Notes: a model not told the origin generated them from the letters alone. Counted from the stretch's first letter, positions 27,835-37,754 are shown. The stretch: 50,907 bases of DNA from Chloroflexota bacterium (GCA_031404235.1 JANNHF010000141.1:1-50907), one strand, 5' to 3'. Made by a program: numbers and translations.

Positions 27835-29420
27835 TGCAAGAGAGACAGGCCGTCGAGAAGCACCTCATCGCGCAGACCGGCAGCGCGACCAGGGTCGGCG
27901 TCGTCTTCGTCCATGGCATCGGCCAGCAGTCAGAGAGCTACACCGTGCGCGAGTTCGGCGGCCCGCTCCTCCACTGGCTGCAGGAGTGGCACAAGCGGCG
28001 CGAGCGCGACCTGTGCGTGACGTCGTCCGACCTGACCTACGGTGAGCTCGCGCAGCGGCCCGCGCGTTTCACGCTGGACCTGGGGGAGGTCGACGGGCAC
28101 GCCGCGCAGACGTGGATCTTCGCGGAGGCATGGTGGGCCGCACGCGTCAGCGCGCCGAACCTCGACGAGATGACGTGGTGGGGACTCAAGTCGGCCGTCG
28201 TGCGAAGCCTGCGTCTCGCCCAAGTCGTCGTCGATACGTTCCGCAAGCTGCCGGGATCGCCAAAGGCGATCATCGAGCTGCTTTCGTCGATCCTGCTCTT
28301 CTTCGGCTATGTCGCGGCCGCGATCCTGTCGGTCCCGCTCATCCTCACGCTCTACCTGCTCGCGCAGATCCCGGGGCCCGTGGAGCGCGCGGTGATGGGC
28401 CTGCGGAACTTCGTCCAGGACCAGATCGGCGACTTCTATGCGTTCATGTGGGACGACATCCAGGCCGTGCATATCCGCGGGAGCGTCGCGGCGGCGATCA
28501 ACTTCCTCGTCGAGAAGCGCGGATGCGAGCGGATCGCCGTGGTCGCGCACTCGCAGGGCACGGTCGTCGCGTACGACGCGCTTTGCTCCAGCGCCGTGCT
28601 CCCGGCCGATCTTGCGCGCGTGAAGACGTTCATAACGTTCGGGTCCGCGCTCAACAATGCCTGGGACAAGCGCCTCGTGCCCGCGCGCACCTGCCGACTG
28701 CGCGATGGGCTTCCGGCGAGCATCAACTGGATCAACGTCTGGTCCGCCTACGACCCGGTGTCGGGCGGCCGTCTCCGCACGCCCGACCACATCCGCCGAC
28801 CGGACGAGGATCTCGAGGTCACGAACTGGATGAACGTCATCCTCGACCACGGCGGGTACTTCACGAACCGCGAGGAGTTCCTGTCGCGTTTAGCGCAGGA
28901 ACTGGAGTCCCCCGGCGACCGGCGAAGCTCGCGCTTCTTCCCAGAGCATGGCGAGGAAGGATGGCGCGACCGTCGTCGCGACCGCGTGCTCACGCTCGTC
29001 ACCTGGCGCGTCGTGGCGATGCTGGCGTTCGCCGTCGGCGTGATCGCGCGTGTTCGCGCGTCCGATCGGCTGCGCGCGGACGGCGAGGCGGTCTGGGCGT
29101 GGCTGATGACATTCCCGATCGTCGGGGGCGCGGTCACCTTCATCGATCAGCACGCGCTGTGGCTCGCATGGGGCGAGCGGCTTGGGGCGAGGATGCTGGG
29201 GATCGGCCTGTGGCTCGCGATCCTCGGGGCGGCGTACATAGGCGTCAGCTGGCTCGCGTTCGTGCCGTGGCACGACAACGCCGGGCGGCGATCGGCCGGC
29301 CGGAGCGGGCCGCCGAGGAGCCAGCTCGCGGTCATCATCGTCTCTTCCATCGCGATGTTCTTCGCGATCGCGCTCGGCGTCGCGCTCATGATCCAGGCGC
29401 CGGCGGTGCGGCGACCATGA
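27834..29420 (+). CDS. Membrane-associated alpha/beta-hydrolase-fold protein
   Basis: FVHGIGQQ, AHSQG, FITFGS, DPVSG, DHGGY; internal and C-terminal TM helices; TGATG coupling. Confidence 0.75.
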   Translation: MQERQAVEKHLIAQTGSATRVGVVFVHGIGQQSESYTVREFGGPLLHWLQEWHKRRERDLCVTSSDLTYGELAQRPARFTLDLGEVDGHAAQTWIFAEAWWAARVSAPNLDEMTWWGLKSAVVRSLRLAQVVVDTFRKLPGSPKAIIELLSSILLFFGYVAAAILSVPLILTLYLLAQIPGPVERAVMGLRNFVQDQIGDFYAFMWDDIQAVHIRGSVAAAINFLVEKRGCERIAVVAHSQGTVVAYDALCSSAVLPADLARVKTFITFGSALNNAWDKRLVPARTCRLRDGLPASINWINVWSAYDPVSGGRLRTPDHIRRPDEDLEVTNWMNVILDHGGYFTNREEFLSRLAQELESPGDRRSSRFFPEHGEEGWRDRRRDRVLTLVTWRVVAMLAFAVGVIARVRASDRLRADGEAVWAWLMTFPIVGGAVTFIDQHALWLAWGERLGARMLGIGLWLAILGAAYIGVSWLAFVPWHDNAGRRSAGRSGPPRSQLAVIIVSSIAMFFAIALGVALMIQAPAVRRP

Positions 29421-29434
29421 CAGGAGGTTCGCGC

Positions 29435-29737
29435 ATGGCGGGTTACGTGATCGCGATCGTCGAGGTGACCAACGCCGAGGGCTATCAGGAGTATTCGCGG
29501 CAGGTGCCCGCGACGATCGCGAAGTACGGCGGCCGTTACCTCGTGCGTGGCGGCAAGATGGAGCTCCGCGAAGGCGAGTGGCCTGGTCCACGCACCGTCA
29601 TCCTCGAGTTCCCATCGCTCGCGCTCGCGCTCGAGTGGTACGACTCGCCCGAGTACCAGCCGCTGCGGCCGATCCGCCAGGCGAACTCGCGAGCTCGGTT
29701 CGCGTTCTGCGAAAGGGTCGCGAAGGGGGCGGGCTAG
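29435..29737 (+). CDS. DUF1330 protein
   Basis: YGGRYLVRGG, VILEFPS, WYDSPEYQ; AGGAGG RBS. Confidence 0.92.
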   Translation: MAGYVIAIVEVTNAEGYQEYSRQVPATIAKYGGRYLVRGGKMELREGEWPGPRTVILEFPSLALALEWYDSPEYQPLRPIRQANSRARFAFCERVAKGAG

Positions 29738-29895
29738 GAGCCGCCAACGCTCAGCGATCCAGGAGTTCGCGTCGGCGTTCGCGGGCGCGTCGCGCGCGTG
29801 GCCGGCCACGGGCGTCCCGCGGAGTACGCGACCGGTCGCCGTGTCCACCGGGTCACAGGTCACCCGAGCCTACGACTTCGGATAGGTTTTCACTC

Positions 29896-31374
29896 GTGTT
29901 CGCGGGGCGGCGCTGGGATCTCACGTTCGATGCGCGCTTCGAAGGCCGGATCGTTCTCATCGCAGCCCTGCTGGCCGGGATCCTGTTCGGTGCGCTGGCG
30001 CTGGTCAGGCACTGGTCGTTCCACTCGACCGCATCCGACCTCGCCGTGTTCGACCAGGTGCTGTGGAACACGGTCCACGGACGTTTCATGGAGTCGACGC
30101 TGAGTCTCGCGCGCTGTGAGCCGCATTCGTTCTTCGGCGACCATTTCTCGCCGGCGCTGCTGCTGATCCTGCCGCTGTACCTCGCATTCCCGCATCCCGA
30201 GACGTTGATCGTCCTCCAGACGGCGGCCCTCGCGCTCGGCGTGTGGCCGGTCTACCTGCTCGCGCGCCGCTTTCTTCCCTCCGGCGGGCAGCGCCTGGTA
30301 TGGGTGGCCGCGTACCTCCTCAGCGCGCCTCTGTCGTTCATCGCTCTGTACGACTTCCACGAGATCACGCTCGCCGTCGCGCCGCTCGGATTCGCGACGT
30401 ACTTCCTCGCGACTCGCCGGACGGTCCCGATGGTCCTCTGGCTTCTTGCCGCGCTGCTCGCCAAAGAGGAGGTCGCGGTGATCGGCGTCGGCTTCGGCGT
30501 CGCGCTCGCGTTCCAGCGTCGGTGGTGGCCAAGCGCGCTCGTGATCGTTGGAAGCGTCGCCCTGTTCGTCGTGACGCTGAAGTTCATCATCCCAGCGTTC
30601 GCCGCGGGCGCTCCCTACCAGTACCTCGGCCGCTACGCCAGTCTCGGCCGCGACGAGGCCGAGATCGCGCGGACGCTGCTCTTGGATCCGCTGCGCGCGC
30701 TGGCGGTGCTTGGAAAGGGCGAGGTCGGCTCGAAGGTGGTCTTCGTCCTCAGTCTCTTTGGACCCGGGCTTGGCCTCGCCTTGCGATCGAAGTGGGCGCT
30801 CGTCACCTCATTGCCGACGCTCGGTTATCTGATGCTCTCCGACTACGGCGGACTGCACACGCTCCACAACCAGTACGGCGCCCCGCTCATCCCACTCGCT
30901 CTCGGCGCGTCGATCCTCGGTGTCGCGTCGCTGGGCGACCCGTGGCGCCGGCGCGTCACGCGCGGCGTCGTTCTCAGCACACTCTTCTTCGCGTTCTTCT
31001 TCGGGGGTCTGCCCTGGTCCATCAATTTTGCGGACGCGTTCCTGCGCGGCGAGCCGGACCGCGCGCCGTCCGGGCAACCGATCCTCGCGCGCGAGCCGCG
31101 CTACGAGCCCTTCCTCGCCGCGGTCCGTGCGATCCCAGCGGACGCAGCCGTGTCGTCACGCGACTTCTTCACGACGCAGATCACGCAGCGACGCTTCAAC
31201 TACAACCTCGTTGGACTCGATCCCTGTGACGCGGAGTACGTGATCCTCGACTACGCGGCTCCCGGCGTGAACCGCGACGTTGCGGAGCATCTTGCCGAGG
31301 TGGACGCGGTCAAGGCCCTCGGTTTCGACGAGATCGCGAGCGGCGAAGGTCTGTCCCTGCTCCGCCGGCGGTGA
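29896..31374 (+). CDS. DUF2079 membrane protein (GT-C-like)
   Basis: DLAVFDQVLW, GDHFSP, YDFHE, KEE; start position uncertain. Confidence 0.8.
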   Translation: MFAGRRWDLTFDARFEGRIVLIAALLAGILFGALALVRHWSFHSTASDLAVFDQVLWNTVHGRFMESTLSLARCEPHSFFGDHFSPALLLILPLYLAFPHPETLIVLQTAALALGVWPVYLLARRFLPSGGQRLVWVAAYLLSAPLSFIALYDFHEITLAVAPLGFATYFLATRRTVPMVLWLLAALLAKEEVAVIGVGFGVALAFQRRWWPSALVIVGSVALFVVTLKFIIPAFAAGAPYQYLGRYASLGRDEAEIARTLLLDPLRALAVLGKGEVGSKVVFVLSLFGPGLGLALRSKWALVTSLPTLGYLMLSDYGGLHTLHNQYGAPLIPLALGASILGVASLGDPWRRRVTRGVVLSTLFFAFFFGGLPWSINFADAFLRGEPDRAPSGQPILAREPRYEPFLAAVRAIPADAAVSSRDFFTTQITQRRFNYNLVGLDPCDAEYVILDYAAPGVNRDVAEHLAEVDAVKALGFDEIASGEGLSLLRRR

Positions 31375-31420
31375 TCGCCGGCCCCGCGCGCCCCGGTCGA
31401 TCGCGCGATACGATCGCGCG

Positions 31421-32335
31421 ATCACGCCCCGGCAGCGGCTCCTGACGATCGCCGCGTACGTCACCGTCGCGCTGTGCTGGAGTGGCAGCTGGACCGCGGG
31501 CAAGCTCGGCGTCGCCGCGATCCCACCCATCGAGCTTTCCACCGTCCGTTTCGCGCTGGCCGGCCTGCTCATGCTCGCCATCGCGCGGGCAACGGGAGCG
31601 TCGCTCGGTCTGGCGAAGCTCCCACTCGTGATCCTGGCGGCCGCGTTCGGTATCTTCGGCTACAACGCGCTCGTCTTCGTCGCGCTCACCTTCACGCCCG
31701 CGTCCGACGGCGCGCTCATCGTGCCGACCATCAATCCCGTTCTCACGGTCCTCTTCGCATCGTTCATCGGGGAGCGCCTCACCGCGAACAAGCTGATCGG
31801 CCTCGCCATCGCGACGGTGGGCGCAGTGGTCGTCGTCGCTGGCGCCACGGGCCTCACCTTCACGGGCACCAGACTCGTCGGCGACCTGCTGATGCTCGGC
31901 GGCGCCGCGTGCTGGAGCGTGTACGCGATCCTTGGGACGATCACCACGCGACACGGGTCACCCCTTGGCGTGACGGCGGTGGCCTGCCTCGCCGGCGCCG
32001 CCATGCTCTTTCCGTTCGGCTTCCTCGAACACGGTTACACCGACGTGCCGTCGTGGCCTCTCGGCGCGTGGCTCGACATCGCGTATCTCACCGTGTTCGC
32101 CACGACGATCGGGTTCGTGCTCTTCTACTGGGCGGTGCGTCGCTTCGGTGCGGGGCTCGCATCGATGGCGAGCTATCTCGTGCCGGTCTTCGCGCTCGTC
32201 CAAGCCGTCACGATCCTGGGGGAGCAGCCCGGGCCACTTCAGATCGCCGGCGGAGCGATCATCCTGGTCGGCGTGCGGGTCGCGACCATACGCTTCACGC
32301 CGGAGACGCCGCTCGAGGAGACGGCTCCCGCGTAG
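31421..32335 (+). CDS. EamA/DMT transporter (probable AUC start)
   Basis: About 10 TM helices; WSGSWTAGK, RFALAG, GERLT, YLVPVFA. Confidence 0.85.
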   Translation: MTPRQRLLTIAAYVTVALCWSGSWTAGKLGVAAIPPIELSTVRFALAGLLMLAIARATGASLGLAKLPLVILAAAFGIFGYNALVFVALTFTPASDGALIVPTINPVLTVLFASFIGERLTANKLIGLAIATVGAVVVVAGATGLTFTGTRLVGDLLMLGGAACWSVYAILGTITTRHGSPLGVTAVACLAGAAMLFPFGFLEHGYTDVPSWPLGAWLDIAYLTVFATTIGFVLFYWAVRRFGAGLASMASYLVPVFALVQAVTILGEQPGPLQIAGGAIILVGVRVATIRFTPETPLEETAPA

Positions 32336-32363
32336 GGCCCAGGGACGCCGTAGATTGACGGCG

Positions 32364-33536
32364 ATGGCTCAGGACAGCCGCGAGCACGGGCGGGCCCTCC
32401 TCTTCTACGCCGACGGGTACAAATTCCCCGACGTGTACCACGTCACGCGCTTCCTCGCGCCCGACCCGATCATCGCTCTCGAGCAGGACGGCGAGGTCGT
32501 CATCGTCGCCAACTCGCTCGAGGTGGGCCGCGCGCGCAAGGAATCGCGCGCTCGCGAGGTCTTCAACATCGATGACTTCGGCGGGAAGGAGCTCTCCGCA
32601 AAGGACATCACGCGCGAGGAGCTGGACGCGGAGATCACCAAGCGTTTTCTTGATTCGCGCGGCCTGCGTCGTGTATCGGTCGCGCCATACTTCCCGCTCG
32701 GCATGGCCGAGCGCCTCCAACGGCTCGGCATAGAGATCGAGATCGATCGCGAGCTCAGCGAGCGCCGCCGCGCGAAGCGCCCCGACGAGATCGCCGCGCT
32801 CGAGGTGACGCAGCGGGCGACCGAGGACGCTTGGGTGAAGGGCGTAGACGCGCTGAAGCGGGCGACGGTCCGCAAGGACGGAACGCTCGAGCTCGACGGC
32901 GAGCCGTTCACGGCCGAGCGGCTGCGCGCGATCGTTGAGTCACGTTTGCTGGAGCTGGGCTGTGTCTCTGAGGGTGCGATCATCGCGCCGGGCAAGCAGG
33001 CCGCTGATCCGCACATGATCGGCTCGGGGCCGCTGCGCGCGGGCGAGGCGATCGTCATGGACATCTTCCCGCAGCACAAGACGACCCGGTACTTCGCCGA
33101 CATGACGCGCACGGTCTCCAAGGGCGAGCCGCCGGCGGAGATCGCGAAGATGTACGAGATCACGAAGCGCGCGCAGGACGCCGGCATCCGGGCGCTGCGC
33201 CCCGGGATAACCGGCCGCGAGGTGCACGAGCTCGTCGAGGACATCATCTGGGAGGCCGGATACGACACACTGCGGCCTGGGCAGCAGCGCGAGAAGAACG
33301 GCGGCCCGCCGCGCGGATTCATCCATGGCACCGGACACGGCGTGGGGTTGGAGATCCACGAGCCGCCGAATGTCGGCCGGTCTGGCAGCAGTCCGCTCGC
33401 TCCAGGCGACGTGGTGACGGTGGAGCCCGGCATCTACCTGCCGGAGCTCGGCGGCGTGCGCCTCGAGGACATGCTCGTGATCACCGAGTCCGGATCCCGC
33501 AACCTCACTCGCGCGCCACGACAGCTAGTGGTCTAA
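32364..33536 (+). CDS. M24 Xaa-Pro peptidase
   Basis: DIFP...YFADMTRT, HGTGHGVGLEIHEPP, TVEPG, GVRLED. Confidence 0.93.
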   Translation: MAQDSREHGRALLFYADGYKFPDVYHVTRFLAPDPIIALEQDGEVVIVANSLEVGRARKESRAREVFNIDDFGGKELSAKDITREELDAEITKRFLDSRGLRRVSVAPYFPLGMAERLQRLGIEIEIDRELSERRRAKRPDEIAALEVTQRATEDAWVKGVDALKRATVRKDGTLELDGEPFTAERLRAIVESRLLELGCVSEGAIIAPGKQAADPHMIGSGPLRAGEAIVMDIFPQHKTTRYFADMTRTVSKGEPPAEIAKMYEITKRAQDAGIRALRPGITGREVHELVEDIIWEAGYDTLRPGQQREKNGGPPRGFIHGTGHGVGLEIHEPPNVGRSGSSPLAPGDVVTVEPGIYLPELGGVRLEDMLVITESGSRNLTRAPRQLVV

Positions 33537-33542
33537 GAGATG

Positions 33543-33591
33543 GCGGGGTTGCCCCGCGCTGTAGGGGGGTTGCAGGGGGTTCTCCCCCTGC
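33543..33591. repeat. REP-like double hairpin
   Basis: GCGGGG-TTG-CCCCGC and GCAGGGGG-TTCT-CCCCCTGC. Confidence 0.7.
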
Positions 33592-33602
33592 GATAAACGG
33601 CC

Positions 33603-34463
33603 ATCGAAGCTCTTCTCTACGGCGTTGGCGCGGCGATCGCGTTCGGGTTCGGTGACTACGCCGCCGCGATGGCGACGCGGCGCGTGGGGGTCATTCGGAC
33701 GTCGCTCGGCATGCAGGTCATCGGTCTCGCTGCCTACGTGGTGGCGCTCGCCGCGCTCGGCCGCTGGCCGACCTTCGAGTGGCAGCAGGTGCCGTATGCG
33801 CTCGCGCTCTCCATGATCGGCATCGTCTCGCTCGCTGCGCTCTATCGCGCGTTCGCGATCGGCCCGATCGCCGTGGTCAGCCCGGTCGTCGCGAGCTACG
33901 CAGCGCTCACCGTCGTGCTGATCGTCATCTTTCTCGGCGAACGTCTGACGACCGGGCAGACCATCGCGATCGGCGTCACGTTCATCGGTGTCGCGGTGGC
34001 GTCGACGGATATACGAGAGCTCCGGCGGACGCTCGGCCGTCCGACCGAGGGCGTGAAGATCGGTTTTTTCGCGACGCTCGGCTTCGCGGTGTGGAGCGTG
34101 ATCTTCGCCGCCGGTATCCGCGCCAGCGACGGCCTCGCTCTCATCGTCGTGCAGCGCTCGTTCAGCGTCGTCCTTCTCACGATGTTCGTGATCGCGCGCG
34201 GGATCTCGCTCCGACCGCTGGGCGATCGTCGCGCGTTCGCGCTGGTCGCGGCCACGGGTGTCCTCGATACGGGAGCGAACGTGCTCCTCGCGATCGGCAT
34301 CGCCCTGGGCTACGCGTCCTTCGTTATGACGGGGAGCGGGGCCTACCCGCTCATCCCCGCGCTGCTCGCGATCCTGGTCCTGCGCGAGCGCCTCGCGCCG
34401 AACCAGTACCTGGGGGTCGGGGTGCTCGTCGCGGGGCTCGTCGCGCTGGGCCTGCAGAGCTAG
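33603..34463 (+). CDS. EamA/DMT transporter (probable AUC start)
   Basis: TM1 IEALLYGVGAAIAFGFGDY lies upstream of the first ATG; GPIAVVSPV, GERL, LRERL. Confidence 0.85.
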   Translation: MEALLYGVGAAIAFGFGDYAAAMATRRVGVIRTSLGMQVIGLAAYVVALAALGRWPTFEWQQVPYALALSMIGIVSLAALYRAFAIGPIAVVSPVVASYAALTVVLIVIFLGERLTTGQTIAIGVTFIGVAVASTDIRELRRTLGRPTEGVKIGFFATLGFAVWSVIFAAGIRASDGLALIVVQRSFSVVLLTMFVIARGISLRPLGDRRAFALVAATGVLDTGANVLLAIGIALGYASFVMTGSGAYPLIPALLAILVLRERLAPNQYLGVGVLVAGLVALGLQS

Positions 34464-35773
34464 GCGCGGCCCCGCAGGAACGCGATCGCGGCCTGGAGCT
34501 GCTGGTCGGCAGGGTCCGTGACGATCCTGTCCGGCACGACGCCCTTGCCAGGCCCGTTGAGGTCGGCGCCCGTCTTGGCGTCCTGCATCTTCGTCAGCGT
34601 CACCAGGAGCAGACCGCCATCGGGGAGCTCGCGTGGCTGTCCGGTCCCCACACAGCCGGCCGTTTGGGTCCCCATGACCGTGCCCGCGCCGTTGGCGCGG
34701 AGCCCGGCGGCGATGATCTCGGAGCCTGACGCGGAGTTCTTGTTCACCAGCACGACGAGCGGCTTGGTGAGGCCCAGGAACTTGCCCGGGTTCGTATCCA
34801 CCGCGGTGCGCTGTCCGTCTCGGCCGACCTGGTAGACGAGCGTGCCGCGCTGGACGAACAAGCTGGCGACGTTCACCGCGACCGAGAGCTCACCACCTGG
34901 ATCGTCCCGCAGGTCGAGGATCCACGCCGTCGCACCCTGCGCTGAAAGGCTGCGAGCCGCGGCGCCGACCTCATCGGCGACGCTCGAGATGAGCTGCGGG
35001 ATCCGGATGTAGCCGATGGAGGTGTCCTCGAGCCGGCTCACGAACAGCGGGCTCTGGAAACGCGCTCGTGTGATCGTGAACTCGACCTCGCCCGACCCCC
35101 GCTGGAATGTGACCGTCACCTGCGTGCCCTCGGGTCCCTTCACCCTCGTCGCGACCTCTTCGGTCGTGAACGTGGAGACGTCCTCGCCGTTCACGCGGAT
35201 GATCTTGTCGCCCTTCTTCACGCCAGCTCGTTCAGCTGGGGTGTTCGCGATGACGTCGATGACCTCGATCGGCTGCCCGGGCTCCGGCTGCGAGATCGTC
35301 ACGCCGATGCCCGACACCGGCGCGGGCCGCTGGTTGAATCCCTTGGCGCGGTCGGGGTTCAGGTAATAGGTGTGGCACTCGTTCATCGCGCGCGCCATCC
35401 CGTCGACGGCGGCTCGCTCCATCAGCGTCCGGTCGGCTGCGGGATAACGCTGCGCCACCGCGTCGAGCGAGGCCGCGAATTTGGCGAAATCGGACCAAAC
35501 GCTGCCGGTCAGGGCAGGTCGGTCGACCGTGGGGGCTGCGTCGATCTTGCTGTCCGTCAGGTACTTCGCGACCCCGTCCAGGGCGCCCGGGATCAGCTGC
35601 TCCGGGGTGGGTTTGTCGACGTGACGCTCGACCAGGACCGAGTACGCGGCCTCAGCGGTCTTGTACTGGGTCTGCGAGGGCAGCAGCTCGTGCTGCAGAT
35701 CCGCCGGAAGCAGACCGCACGCGGAGGCGACGAACGCCACCGCAAGGAGCAGGGGGAGGGCGCGAGGCCGCAT
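34460..35773 (-). CDS. S41 C-terminal processing protease lipoprotein with PDZ domain
   Basis: Lipobox ASAC, GIGV PDZ loop, LDLRDDPGG, SASGSE. Confidence 0.9.
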   Translation of the reverse strand: MRPRALPLLLAVAFVASACGLLPADLQHELLPSQTQYKTAEAAYSVLVERHVDKPTPEQLIPGALDGVAKYLTDSKIDAAPTVDRPALTGSVWSDFAKFAASLDAVAQRYPAADRTLMERAAVDGMARAMNECHTYYLNPDRAKGFNQRPAPVSGIGVTISQPEPGQPIEVIDVIANTPAERAGVKKGDKIIRVNGEDVSTFTTEEVATRVKGPEGTQVTVTFQRGSGEVEFTITRARFQSPLFVSRLEDTSIGYIRIPQLISSVADEVGAAARSLSAQGATAWILDLRDDPGGELSVAVNVASLFVQRGTLVYQVGRDGQRTAVDTNPGKFLGLTKPLVVLVNKNSASGSEIIAAGLRANGAGTVMGTQTAGCVGTGQPRELPDGGLLLVTLTKMQDAKTGADLNGPGKGVVPDRIVTDPADQQLQAAIAFLRGRA

Positions 35774-35816
35774 CTGTTTGAGTCTATGTCCGCCGAATCC
35801 GCGGAGTTTCAGGCGG

Positions 35817-36407
35817 TCAGGCGACCTCGCTCGTCATGAGCTTGCGCAAACGGCCGAGTGCGCGGAACTGCAGCGCCCGGATCGCGCCTTCGTTCTTGCC
35901 GAGCATGTTCGCGACTTGGCGACTCGACATGTTCTCCACGAAACGAAGAACGAGGACTTCCTGCTGTTCTGTCGTGAGGTGCTTCACCGCGCCACGCAGC
36001 GCATCGACTTCCTCACCACGGACGGCGTGGTCGTGCGCGGTCGGGCCGTCCTCGGCGAGGCCGAACGCGTTGTCGAGGTCGACGGTCGGACGCTGACGGC
36101 GACGGCGGTCCGTGACCGCGTTGCGCGCGATCGTGTACAGCCACGCCAGAAATGACTTCCCCTGCCAGCGGTAGCGGTGGATGTTCGCGAACGCGCGTGT
36201 GAACACGTCGCTCGTGAGGTCCTCGGCGTCGCTGGGCTCACGGACGCGGTACAGGATGTAGCGGTAGACCGCGTCTACGTGTGTGTCGTAGAGATCCGCG
36301 AATGCCGAGCGGTCGCCGCTGCGAGCCCGCTCTATGACATCCGGTACCGGACCCATCTGCTCGAAGGAAGGAAGCGAGTCAACCCTTGCTGCTGCGGCAA
36401 CTGTCAC
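35817..36407 (-). CDS. ECF sigma factor
   Basis: GDRSAFADLY, AEDLTSDVF, AWLYTIARN, GAIRALQFRAL; start approximate. Confidence 0.92.
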   Translation of the reverse strand: MTVAAAARVDSLPSFEQMGPVPDVIERARSGDRSAFADLYDTHVDAVYRYILYRVREPSDAEDLTSDVFTRAFANIHRYRWQGKSFLAWLYTIARNAVTDRRRRQRPTVDLDNAFGLAEDGPTAHDHAVRGEEVDALRGAVKHLTTEQQEVLVLRFVENMSSRQVANMLGKNEGAIRALQFRALGRLRKLMTSEVA

Positions 36408-36612
36408 GACGTGATGGCCCCCCAATCCCGTCCTCAGTGGTCTGTGCGCACCATATCGACCGGAAGGCGAGCCGCCAACCCATTACGGGTACCAAAAGCG
36501 TGACAGCGAAACCCGATTCGGGCGCGAGGCGTACGAAGGGGACCCTCGTACTGGTACCTATGGGGCAGTTTCTGCGGCGACCGACCGTGTCCTCGGCCAA
36601 GTCGAAAGCCGG

Positions 36613-37728
36613 TCAGATCTTTTGCTTGAGGATCTCGATCGCTTTGTCGACCGCTGTCGCGTCATCCGCCTGGACGTCCGGCTGGACGCCGATGTTGTTG
36701 TAGATCGTGCCGGTCTGGGCACCGACGAATTCCTGGATCACGACCGCCAGTTTCGAGCCGTCGGTCATGTTCGTAAACGTGATGCTGCCCATGCAGCCGA
36801 TGCTCTTCTGGCCGACGATCGTGGCTCGCTTGTTCTCCTTGAGTGAGGCCGCTATGACCTCGGGGCCCGAGCCGCCGCGGTCGTTCAGGATGACGACCAT
36901 CGGCAGCTGATAAGCGTCGGGGAGCCGCCACTGCGTCCGCGCGCTGTTTGTCACGGTGGAGCCTCCGCCCCGGTAAATGATGTTGAGCATCTTCTCGCCG
37001 TTGAGGAAGAACGAGGAGACGTGGTCGACCGCGCCTGCATCACCGCCGAGGTTGCCGCGCAGGTCGAAGAGCCAGGCCTTGCCGCCGGCCGCCAGTCCCT
37101 TGTCCAACATCTTGCGGACCTCGTCGAAGATCTTGTAGTTCGCGGTCAGGAGGAAATCGCGGAACGTGATGTAGACGATGCCGCCCGGGAGCATGCGGCC
37201 GGTGAGGCCCGCTTCGTCGGGTCCCCCGAGCGCTGTCCCTGTGGAAGGGACGCGCGCGGTCTGGCCCCTAGCCGGTTCGGGGCGCGAGCGGTGTACGCCG
37301 CCCCTGTTGTCGACGTAGTAGGTGTGGCAGTCCGGGCTCGCGTTGATCATCCCCTCGATCGCGACGTCGGCGTAGCGATCGGCGGTGATCTGCGGATTGA
37401 GCGATTTCGCGACGGCGGCCGCTTCAGCGAACTTCTTGAAATCGGCAAAGACCTGCTCGGTGAGGTCCTGGAACTCGATCGCGGCGATCTCGCCTTTGCC
37501 GCCGGTCTTATTAATCTCGGCGTTGATCGCGGCGATCGCGCCCTCGAGGAACTTCTTGCTGGACACCTTGTGGACATCCTGGTCGCTGAGTGACGAGTAG
37601 GTGATGTCCAGCTTCGCGCGCTTGATGTCCACCGATGCGGTGGGCGTGGGAGACGTCGTTGCCGGCGGCGTGCCGGTGCACGTGACGACGAAGAGGGCGA
37701 GGAGGGCGAGAAGCCAAAGCGACCGCAT
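36613..37728 (-). CDS. S41 protease lipoprotein without PDZ domain
   Basis: Lipobox VVTC, FDLRGNLGG, GGSGPE, GVQPD. Confidence 0.85.
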   Translation of the reverse strand: MRSLWLLALLALFVVTCTGTPPATTSPTPTASVDIKRAKLDITYSSLSDQDVHKVSSKKFLEGAIAAINAEINKTGGKGEIAAIEFQDLTEQVFADFKKFAEAAAVAKSLNPQITADRYADVAIEGMINASPDCHTYYVDNRGGVHRSRPEPARGQTARVPSTGTALGGPDEAGLTGRMLPGGIVYITFRDFLLTANYKIFDEVRKMLDKGLAAGGKAWLFDLRGNLGGDAGAVDHVSSFFLNGEKMLNIIYRGGGSTVTNSARTQWRLPDAYQLPMVVILNDRGGSGPEVIAASLKENKRATIVGQKSIGCMGSITFTNMTDGSKLAVVIQEFVGAQTGTIYNNIGVQPDVQADDATAVDKAIEILKQKI

Positions 37729-37754
37729 CTACACAGGATATGGGAGGGAAACGG

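Noticed and set aside
29417-29424. ATGACAGG also precedes the repeat at 25440
   Set aside because: Only 8 nt, explained here by the stop codon plus the AGGAGG RBS; no further similarity
29738-29863. Possible minus-strand gene remnant (…NADANSWIAERWRLL)
   Set aside because: No family recognised, and the frame runs antisense into DUF1330; not supportable without a search
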